Below, piece by piece: positions 56,617 to 64,000 of a stretch of DNA of 64,000 bases. The position numbers and the translations under genes are program-made. How positions within the stretch are numbered: the stretch's first letter is position 1; every line of letters starts with the position of its first letter. Source of the DNA: a virus; the IMG/VR virus record IMGVR_UViG_3300042534_000747; one strand, 5' to 3'. The notes beneath the pieces were generated by a model that worked only from the letters and a program-made list of their open reading frames with translations, had not been told where the DNA came from and did no database searches.

Positions 56617-56808
56617 TTAAATGTTTGCTAAATTTATACGTTCAAAATTATATTTGATTATATGGGATGTTCCTATGATAAATAAGTAAATGTATAAACA
56701 TATAATTCCTAAATCTGTATTATTTGCCATTATTTGTGCAAGACCAATCAATCCTATTATAAATCCTATTAATTCATAAAAAAATAAAATAATTGTATAT
56801 GTTTTCAT
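56617..56808 (-). CDS. small 2-TM protein
   Basis: hydrophobic pattern. Confidence 0.55.
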   Translation of the reverse strand: MKTYTIILFFYELIGFIIGLIGLAQIMANNTDLGIICLYIYLFIIGTSHIIKYNFERINLANI

Positions 56809-56813
56809 TATTT

Positions 56814-57131
56814 TTACCTGTAATTTATAAAAACAAGTGTTATTGAATTTATTATGAATATAGTAAATGCAATTGTAAACTTTATTGAATCTTCAACTGT
56901 ATAATTTAAATTTATATTTTTTATACTTTTTTGAGTATATTTTTTCATTAGACTATAATACAAAATTTCATCTGCTTTATACAAATACCATAATCCATAA
57001 ATTAGAAAAATAATACTTGCAATTAAATGTATGTTAAAAGATATTTCGGTAACAAAATATCCTGCTATAAATGAAGATAAAAAATAAAATATTGCAGTTA
57101 AATGTTCTATAATTATTTTTTTAATATCCAT
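56814..57131 (-). CDS. small 3-TM protein
   Basis: hydrophobic pattern. Confidence 0.6.
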   Translation of the reverse strand: MDIKKIIIEHLTAIFYFLSSFIAGYFVTEISFNIHLIASIIFLIYGLWYLYKADEILYYSLMKKYTQKSIKNINLNYTVEDSIKFTIAFTIFIINSITLVFINYR

Positions 57132-57440
57132 TTAAATCACCATTAAAATGGTTAATATTGTAATTGATATGAAGCTAATTATTGCTAAAATTAATGTAAT
57201 ATAATCATATAGTTGGCATTCTATGTTTATATCTTCAGTTTTTGATTTTTTATTAATTTCAATTGATTCTCTGAAGAAATAAAGAGATGCAAATATACAT
57301 GCAAGCAAGGGTAGTAGAATGAATATTGAAGAATTATGTATGTAAATGTTAATGTATTCTATGACAGTTAGCATAAATAATGCAGAAATTAGTTTAGTTA
57401 TTATTATTTTATTCATTTTGTTCACCTGATAATGTTTCAA
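57132..57440 (-). CDS. small 3-TM protein
   Basis: hydrophobic pattern. Confidence 0.6.
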   Translation of the reverse strand: MKHYQVNKMNKIIITKLISALFMLTVIEYINIYIHNSSIFILLPLLACIFASLYFFRESIEINKKSKTEDINIECQLYDYITLILAIISFISITILTILMVI

Positions 57441-57654
57441 TTATATGTTTAGCAATTTGATTAGCTAATTTATCATAGATTTTTTGAGCTTGCTTTGAAG
57501 AGATTAAATTTGAAAGTATCAATGTGTGGACTGCTTTTCTTTTATGTTCAATATCATCAATAAATTCATTTTTGTAATTCAAGTTAAGTTCATCCAATTG
57601 TTTTGATAGTTTTGGAGAAAAATAGCCCATGTTTATACTGATTGTTTGTTCCAA
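57409..57654 (-). CDS. hypothetical protein
   Basis: 81 aa. Confidence 0.6.
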   Translation of the reverse strand: MEQTISINMGYFSPKLSKQLDELNLNYKNEFIDDIEHKRKAVHTLILSNLISSKQAQKIYDKLANQIAKHIIETLSGEQNE

Positions 57655-57659
57655 TTAAA

Positions 57660-57977
57660 TCATCCCATTATTAGAATTTTTATAAATACTAATCCAAATA
57701 CAAATATTATAGAAAATATGTATAAAATTGTTGTAGATTTATCTACTTTAATATCTTTAATTTCATAAGTTTCATCTAATTCAGCGTTCTTTTGTTCATA
57801 TTTTATATTAATATAACATATAATTGCTATAATTGCATATATTAATGAACTAAGGAAAAACAAAAATGGAATTAACAAATAAATATGTTCATTTTCAAAT
57901 AAATCATTTGATAAATAAGTACATATAAATAAATTTAATGAAAGCATTAAAGAAATTTTAAATAGACTGTTTTTCAT
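57660..57977 (-). CDS. small 3-TM protein
   Basis: hydrophobic pattern. Confidence 0.6.
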   Translation of the reverse strand: MKNSLFKISLMLSLNLFICTYLSNDLFENEHIYLLIPFLFFLSSLIYAIIAIICYINIKYEQKNAELDETYEIKDIKVDKSTTILYIFSIIFVFGLVFIKILIMG

Positions 57978-58049
57978 TTATCATTACCTCATAAATTATA
58001 TGTAATGGATGGTGTTGATAATATTTAAGTGTTTGGTAAAAAAGAAAAG

Positions 58050-58460
58050 TTAATTAAATGCTTCTTTATCAAGGAAAGATTTAATTTTCAAAGTTGAAAT
58101 TAAATATAATGGGAATAATATGTATACAATAATTATGTATGTAAGTGAAAATAATATTAACATTGTTAATATGAATATTCCACCAATAAGACATGATGTA
58201 ATTGCCACTTTTAAAAAATGTAATAGAATTTCAGATTTTATATATGGAGAAGTGGAATTTACAAAAATTGGTAATATTTCACCTTTTGTAATAAATAATC
58301 CTGTTATAAATACAATAAGAGTAGTTATTATTTGATATTGTATTAGTCTTACTAATTTTTCAGGTAAAATAAAGATTTTTGAAATTAGCAATTTTATTAT
58401 ATCTCTATTTGTTGGATTTGTTTTATTTAATTGTTTGCAACACCATGATTTGAAGGACAT
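58050..58460 (-). CDS. 2-TM membrane protein
   Basis: hydrophobic pattern. Confidence 0.6.
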   Translation of the reverse strand: MSFKSWCCKQLNKTNPTNRDIIKLLISKIFILPEKLVRLIQYQIITTLIVFITGLFITKGEILPIFVNSTSPYIKSEILLHFLKVAITSCLIGGIFILTMLILFSLTYIIIVYILFPLYLISTLKIKSFLDKEAFN

Positions 58461-58473
58461 TTTATCACCGTTT

Positions 58474-58740
58474 TCAAAGTATTATAAAAACTATGTATAA
58501 TGCTATAATTGTTACAATAAAATCATTAAATAGTATAACAAGAGTGATTGTTCTGTTTACACGTTTAACATCTGTTAATTTTATTAAATTCATTAAATTG
58601 AGTATGAAACATGAGCCATATAAGAAAATAAATACATACATCATTATTTGAAAAGATTGCAACATTATTGCTGATTTTATAGTTATTGCTAAATACGCAA
58701 TTGTTGAAAATACACTTAAATATATAGAATCGAATTTCAT
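58474..58740 (-). CDS. small 3-TM protein
   Basis: hydrophobic pattern. Confidence 0.55.
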   Translation of the reverse strand: MKFDSIYLSVFSTIAYLAITIKSAIMLQSFQIMMYVFIFLYGSCFILNLMNLIKLTDVKRVNRTITLVILFNDFIVTIIALYIVFIIL

Positions 58741-58792
58741 AATATAATTGATGTTCTTTATAATATTTAAATGTTTGTGAAAAAAGGAAAAA

Positions 58793-59140
58793 TTAAATTA
58801 ATTTAATTAAAAATAGTGATAATGTTAATAGTCCAACTGACGTTAATAAAATTGTTATATCTCCTTTTATTATATTTATAGGTATTTCATTACACAATAT
58901 AAGGGTTATTGCAAAAATATTGAATAGAACTCCTAATAAATATAATGAAGATAGGAATATGATAACTAAATTATTTGTATAAAAAATATATGCCATTTTT
59001 ATTAATGACATGTAAATAAAAATATTGAAAATGTATAGATATTCTTTTTTGATTATATTATTGTAATTCATGAATTGCTCATAAAGATATATAATTATAT
59101 ATAAATATATGCTTTTAGAAAATATCTTTGTTATCAACAA
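58793..59140 (-). CDS. small membrane protein
   Basis: hydrophobic pattern; true start likely downstream of track start. Confidence 0.5.
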   Translation of the reverse strand: MLITKIFSKSIYLYIIIYLYEQFMNYNNIIKKEYLYIFNIFIYMSLIKMAYIFYTNNLVIIFLSSLYLLGVLFNIFAITLILCNEIPINIIKGDITILLTSVGLLTLSLFLIKLI

Positions 59141-59765
59141 TATCCATTATTTTTGTTGGGTAATTATTCCAATTTATAATAGTTGCATTTGGTTTATATT
59201 TGTTTATCCAGTCAAATAATTTATTTATTTGAGCAGTGGTTAATCTTCTATTAAATCCCCATGTAAGATAAAACCATTCACCATGTGATAATTTCATCCA
59301 TCCTAGACTTTCAATTGTCATTTCAGAATCATCTAATTTTATAATACCTTCAATATTTATTAATTCATCTAATATTTCATTTGCTAATGCTCTATGTTGC
59401 ATTTTATCACAAATGTAAACAACACCTGAAGGAGATACCCATGCATTATTAGAATTTGATGAAAAATTATTGTCAATAATGAATTCTACATTTTTATTCA
59501 TTATATCATTATAGTTATATGCAAGTTTTTTACCTAGATATGTTTCTACATTTTTCTTTAAAATATTAAATTCGATATTTGCATTTATCATATCTTTTAT
59601 TGAAATTAATTCTTTAATGAATTCAATTTGATTTATGAAATCACTAGATAAAAGTGAACCATCTCTTAAATTTGGTTTTTCAACTAAAATATTTGCATAA
59701 CTCATAACTGATACATTTTCATCTAGTAAATCATCGATAAACATTATAATTTCTTCTTTTGTCAT
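59115..59765 (-). CDS. conserved phage protein
   Basis: AWVSPSG...H..LA...GWMKL...T..Q...L.DW. Confidence 0.6.
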   Translation of the reverse strand: MTKEEIIMFIDDLLDENVSVMSYANILVEKPNLRDGSLLSSDFINQIEFIKELISIKDMINANIEFNILKKNVETYLGKKLAYNYNDIMNKNVEFIIDNNFSSNSNNAWVSPSGVVYICDKMQHRALANEILDELINIEGIIKLDDSEMTIESLGWMKLSHGEWFYLTWGFNRRLTTAQINKLFDWINKYKPNATIINWNNYPTKIMDIVDNKDIF

Positions 59766-59869
59766 TAATTTATACCTACATTACAGTAATTAGTTGTTAT
59801 TATATTTAAATGTTTGCTAAAATTGGCATTATGACTTATAAAATAAAAATATAAGTAAAAAAGATAATA

Positions 59870-59942
59870 CGCCTACAACAGGGCTTGAACCTGTGACATC
59901 CTGATTAACAGTCAGGCACTCTACCAACTGAGTTATGTAAGC
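59870..59942 (-). tRNA. tRNA-Asn(GTT), no encoded CCA
   Basis: full cloverleaf; anticodon arm CCTGA-CTGTTAA-TCAGG; GGTTCAA. Confidence 0.95.
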
Positions 59943-59950
59943 ATCTTGAA

Positions 59951-60023
59951 AGCTCTTGAAGGGATTTGAACCCTCGATTTGTGGTTTACAAAACCACCGC
60001 TATAGCCACTAAGCTACAAGAGC
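59951..60023 (-). tRNA. tRNA-Thr(TGT), no encoded CCA
   Basis: GTGGT-TTTGTAA-ACCAC; GGTTCAAATCC. Confidence 0.93.
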
Positions 60024-60033
60024 ATATTTGAAA

Positions 60034-60105
60034 TTCCCTTCATACTTGCAAATTCAATATTGGGAGATTGGATAATATACATACGATACTGCAAATATGA
60101 AGGAA
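60034..60105 (-). ncRNA. 72-nt long-stem element inside tRNA operon
   Basis: 16-bp stem (2 G-U on minus strand) enclosing 39 nt. Confidence 0.45.
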
Positions 60106-60176
60106 TGCATAATAAGGGATTTGAACCCCTGCTAAATGGTTGGAAACCACTTATGCTACCATTACATCAATTATGC
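60106..60176 (-). tRNA. tRNA-Gly(TCC), A73 discriminator, no encoded CCA
   Basis: AGTGG-TTTCCAA-CCATT; GGTTCAAATCC. Confidence 0.92.
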
Positions 60177-60183
60177 AAATTTA

Positions 60184-60257
60184 CGCACCTGAAGGGATTT
60201 GAACCCCTGACCACTGGATTAAAAGTCCAACGCTCTGCCTGACTGAGCCACAGGTGC
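60184..60257 (-). tRNA. tRNA-Lys(TTT), no encoded CCA
   Basis: TTGGA-CTTTTAA-TCCAG; GGTTCAAATCC. Confidence 0.95.
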
Positions 60258-60636
60258 TTGTTGTTTGAGCAATACCATACATATACTTCATAGTATTTAT
60301 AGTTAATGGATGAGTGGTAGTTTTTAGTGTATTCCTATAGACTATGGGTACTATAAGCTAGCTATATATAGGCTTTTTTCTAATAAAGTGTAAGTAAAAA
60401 TATGGGATAAAATGATAGCAGTAGTCATTTTTTGATTGATTATTGGAAAATCTATTATTTAGACTGTTCACAATGTGAATAGGATGTGGGTGGAATCATT
60501 TTATATTTTTTTAATAGGTTAGACGTTTTTCATATAGGGATATACTGATGGTGAAAAAACAGATTTAGTTGTCAGTAGAAGGAATTATTATTTTTAAATA
60601 GATTTAAATAATAGAACATACATTGGTTGTATTATT

Positions 60637-61017
60637 ATGATAGAACAAATTACAAAAATTGAAAAAGAAATATGTAATTCATTTTTGGCAATGGATTGTG
60701 AATTTGAAAAAGTAAATGAAATGTTGAAAAGTAAAAAAATAGATAATAATAATGTCTATGCTCATAGTTTGAGTGATACTTCATTTATGATAACACATAA
60801 AATGATGGAAGATTCAAGTGAAGATATTATTTTTATTGTACATGTGAATCCTACAAGAATTTTATTGATTGATACAAACAGGTATTATAGTGGGAAAAAT
60901 ACATATATAAAAAATGCAATTTTCAGTAGTTGGTGGAATTTTACACCTACATTTGATACTTACTATGTAAGACATTTTTTAATAGCATTCAATATTGTGA
61001 AAAGTTTAGTTGAATAA
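60637..61017 (+). CDS. hypothetical protein
   Basis: 126 aa. Confidence 0.65.
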   Translation: MIEQITKIEKEICNSFLAMDCEFEKVNEMLKSKKIDNNNVYAHSLSDTSFMITHKMMEDSSEDIIFIVHVNPTRILLIDTNRYYSGKNTYIKNAIFSSWWNFTPTFDTYYVRHFLIAFNIVKSLVE

Positions 61018-61074
61018 TTTTATAATGAAACGTTTATATATACCGAAACACTATCTATCATTTGTAATATAATT

Positions 61075-61132
61075 AGTTTTCAGAAAATACTAACGATATA
61101 ACTGCAACTTATACTCCGTTTTTCTGAAAACT
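61075..61132 (+). ncRNA. candidate stem-loop RNA or operator
   Basis: 13-bp perfect inverted repeat downstream of GAAACGTTTATATA. Confidence 0.35.
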
Positions 61133-61231
61133 TATTTTATATTTTAATGATTGTTTTTTTCTTTAAATGCTTTTTTATATCATAACAGTTGTTATTAGTA
61201 TGCTTTTATTGAAATTAAAGAGGAACGTATA

Positions 61232-61657
61232 ATGGTATCAAATATTGAAAGACTTGAAAAGTTATTGAGTGTTCTTGAAGTGATGGATATTTCATCTGAA
61301 AGTTTATATTATGCAAATCTAGATGATGTTACACATATTGCTTTTAACAAAGAAGTTGGTTTCTTATTGAAAGATTTAGGGTATGAAGCACATGAAACAA
61401 ATCCTAGATTTTTCTTACATGATGATATTAAAGTTTTAGTGAAAGCTAGAAAATTACTCAAAAATGTATTAGACAATGCTAAAATTAGAAGTAATATAGG
61501 AATTCGTAATGTAAAATTAGAAGTTATTAAATCTACATATCAATATCCTAGACAAGAAGATTTAATTTATCAATTTGATAATTTAGTAATTCAAGATTTA
61601 AAAATATTGTTGAATTTCATACATGAATGGGATGAATTAGAAAATAATCTACAATAA
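61232..61657 (+). CDS. hypothetical protein
   Basis: 141 aa, GAGGA SD. Confidence 0.7.
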   Translation: MVSNIERLEKLLSVLEVMDISSESLYYANLDDVTHIAFNKEVGFLLKDLGYEAHETNPRFFLHDDIKVLVKARKLLKNVLDNAKIRSNIGIRNVKLEVIKSTYQYPRQEDLIYQFDNLVIQDLKILLNFIHEWDELENNLQ

Positions 61658-62018
61658 TATTTTTATAATAGTAAATAGTATAGTAATTTGTGAAATTGAG
61701 GGGATTTTACGAAAGTAACATGTCTATATTAGGCATGTTACAATTCTTTTTACAAATGTATTTATATTATCGTGTATTAATAAATAGTGAAGATAGTTCA
61801 AAGATTTGATAAAAATCAACAATTCAGTAAATTGAGAACTTATTAGAATTGAACTATCTTCAACATGAATACTTTTATATATATCTTTTACTATTATGGA
61901 AGTAGAGATAATTCGTAAATAAGAACATCTTGAATGTTCACTTGGAAACACACAAAATCGAATTATCTCTGACTCCTTTTAGATATGTTTATATATGATT
62001 AGTTACATTAGTTAACTT

Positions 62019-62100
62019 GAAGATAATCCAGTTGGTTTATTATTAATTTATTTAAAAAATATAGTGTTATTAACTGGTTAGTTTTGGATTATCTTCACCA
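62019..62100 (+). ncRNA. candidate tRNA-like RNA (12-bp terminal helix + ACCA)
   Basis: GAAGATAATCCA ... TGGATTATCTTC-ACCA, 24 nt after TTTATATA (61988-61995). Confidence 0.5.
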
Positions 62101-62205
62101 TACTCCTTATTTTAGCAAATGCTTATATATTATTAGTGTATAGTATTTGATTGTTAATAATTATGATATAGTCATACTGATTATATTTTATTAGGAAGTT
62201 ATAAA

Positions 62206-62610
62206 ATGAAAGAAGATATTTTGAAAATATTTATAGAAAAAATGAATGAGTACAATGAGTTGGTAGATAAGTATAATGAAGATGCTGATGAATACAATGA
62301 GTTGGTAGATGAGTATAATGCATTTACTCATGAATTTAATGTAATGACAAGGGCTATGCAGGAATCATCAAGGGTGCAGAATAAATTGCAAATATATTTT
62401 GATGAAACTGATAGATTAGGCAAGCCACTTTTGAAGATGGGAAAGGATATTGAATGTTATATTGATGATATGACATCTTTTATGAAAATGAATAAAAATG
62501 TAATTACTGAAAGCAATCTTGAAGAATATAGAAATGTTAAAACATCGTTTATAGACTTTAAGAATTATTGTAATGTTAATAATGTAATTGTATATGGAAT
62601 GTTGGCATAG
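62206..62610 (+). CDS. acidic coiled-coil protein with 14-aa duplication
   Basis: EYNELVD twice; 42-bp DNA period (62251, 62293). Confidence 0.7.
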   Translation: MKEDILKIFIEKMNEYNELVDKYNEDADEYNELVDEYNAFTHEFNVMTRAMQESSRVQNKLQIYFDETDRLGKPLLKMGKDIECYIDDMTSFMKMNKNVITESNLEEYRNVKTSFIDFKNYCNVNNVIVYGMLA

Positions 62611-62961
62611 GTGATTGAAATGGATGAAAACACAATTGAAAGGCAATTGATAGTATTTATTAGATTGGAAGAAATATTTTATGATGAAATTGATGCATTT
62701 TCAGATAATTTGCAATATAATAATGTTGATGAAATAAATAAGGATATACAGGTTAAAATTGTGAATTTCCTTGTTGTATTGAATAATTTTAAAAAGTCAA
62801 TTAATGATATATTTGAAACAATGGATAATGGTGCAATTTTTGTAAATCTTGAAACTCATATTGATTTGAAAACAAAACTTAAAATGCACATGAATTCAAT
62901 AGAAGAAGTTGAAAAGATGATAAATGATTTTTCTATAGAGCTAAATAATAAATTTCTTTAA
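62611..62961 (+). CDS. acidic helical protein
   Basis: 116 aa. Confidence 0.65.
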   Translation: MIEMDENTIERQLIVFIRLEEIFYDEIDAFSDNLQYNNVDEINKDIQVKIVNFLVVLNNFKKSINDIFETMDNGAIFVNLETHIDLKTKLKMHMNSIEEVEKMINDFSIELNNKFL

Positions 62962-62964
62962 TGG

Positions 62965-63378
62965 ATGGTATTTATGTCTGATTTAGTTATAAAATTTGCA
63001 GAAATGATTAAAATACATAATGATTTGCTTAAAATGGATAATGCAGTTACAGATGAATATAATATTAGGTTGAATGAATTAATGAATTATATATCTAATA
63101 TCAATTTTGAAAATGTAGATGATGAATTCATGGTTGAATTTGTAGAAGAAAAAGATAAATTGATTGATAATGTTAAAGAGATTGCAGTTCATTTGTTGAA
63201 TTCAAGTACATCTTTGTATGAGCATGTTTTTAAAATGGTTGATTTTATGGTTGAGCATAAGGGTGAATTGTTCAATGGAGATGAATCGGCAATCAATGAT
63301 TTTAGGAATGTATTGGAATCTTATTCTAAAAGTATTGAAGTTGCTAAAAATGCAATTAATATGAATAGCAATGCTTAA
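62965..63378 (+). CDS. acidic helical protein
   Basis: 137 aa. Confidence 0.65.
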   Translation: MVFMSDLVIKFAEMIKIHNDLLKMDNAVTDEYNIRLNELMNYISNINFENVDDEFMVEFVEEKDKLIDNVKEIAVHLLNSSTSLYEHVFKMVDFMVEHKGELFNGDESAINDFRNVLESYSKSIEVAKNAINMNSNA

Positions 63379-63434
63379 ATATCATTAGAGCCATTCATTA
63401 TAATGTAATATAATGAATAATTAATAAAGAACAT

Positions 63435-63461
63435 GCAATTGTTTAGGCAATTGCTTTTTTT
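63435..63461 (+). terminator. hairpin + T7 terminator
   Basis: GCAATTG-N6-CAATTGC-TTTTTTT. Confidence 0.65.
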
Positions 63462-63540
63462 ATATTATTTTGGATTGAACTTAAATATTAGAAGATACAC
63501 TCATTGTATTGCAAAAAACAAAACGAATAACGGTGAAGTA

Positions 63541-64000
63541 ATGAAAGTTAACAATTCAATAAGCATTGAAAATAGTGAAATTAATGAAGAACAAGTTGTA
63601 ATGAAACTTGAAAAATTTGATATCAATGATATTAAAGATACTAGTATTCAAGAAATGAGTGAAATTTGCACAAATAATGCAGACCTTAATAAAGTAATTG
63701 TTGAAGGGAAAAATTCATTTATTAATTATGAAAATTGGAAACAGATTTATGATTATAAGGGCTTTGAATTTGAAATAGGTATGTTGTCTAGTTACAGAAT
63801 TGTATTTAGAGAAAAGGAACAAGTTAATGTATTTAGATTGCCACATACAAGTTTCTTCTTTGTGAAGCCATCCTTTAATTTGAATAGATTAGCTCATTTT
63901 GTAGAATATTTATATTCTGGTGGATTTATTAGTGAAGATATGTATATGAAATTTAATGATTATACAGAAGAAGAATTAATTAATACTATTTTTGATAAAA
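63541..64000 (+). CDS. partial hypothetical protein running off the window end
   Basis: GGTGA SD, ATG 63541, frame open to 64000 (MKVNNSISIE...). Confidence 0.65.
   Translation, partial: MKVNNSISIENSEINEEQVVMKLEKFDINDIKDTSIQEMSEICTNNADLNKVIVEGKNSFINYENWKQIYDYKGFEFEIGMLSSYRIVFREKEQVNVFRLPHTSFFFVKPSFNLNRLAHFVEYLYSGGFISEDMYMKFNDYTEEELINTIFDK

Noticed and set aside
60034-60105. Fifth tRNA gene
   Set aside because: No T-loop (GTTC) or D-arm consensus; kept only as a hairpin RNA candidate.
60060-60242. 60-aa plus-strand ORF
   Set aside because: Antisense to tRNA-Gly and tRNA-Lys.
59870-60257. tRNA introns or suppressor anticodons
   Set aside because: All four have standard 7-nt anticodon loops with sense anticodons and no bulge-helix-bulge insert.

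Overview
Very AT-rich, densely coding 64-kb accessory region of a large archaeal virus or extrachromosomal element. The evidence is TATA/BRE promoters (AAACATTTATATA), GGTGA/GGAG Shine-Dalgarno sites, oligo-T terminators, Pth2, CCA-less tRNAs and tRNA-Gly with A73. A methanogen host is inferred, not shown. Most genes are small, unknown and on the minus strand; I recognised no capsid, terminase, rRNA or cas1/cas2 genes. The best candidate new system is at 26.76-28.64 kb, all on the minus strand: a catalytically intact IS605-type TnpB with no TnpA, expressed from the element's own promoter and terminated at its stop codon. It is followed by a separately promoted ~510-nt transcript with a structured leader, a putative anti-repeat and a 5-repeat/4-spacer mini CRISPR array (37-nt repeats), i.e. 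a possible TnpB-to-Cas12 transitional system. The window also carries a tRNA repair/supply toolkit (kinase-phosphoesterase-RNA ligase fusion, second small ligase, class II CCA-adding HD enzyme, Pth2, four tRNAs). Other features are candidate structured ncRNAs, including an 82-nt RNA with a 12-bp terminal helix plus ACCA; a repeated terminator-promoter-palindrome-SD cassette; a tandem family of paralogs ending in P[YF]W; an orphan BsaWI-like endonuclease; and a processive GT2 synthase. All functional calls come from motif recognition by eye; no searches were run.
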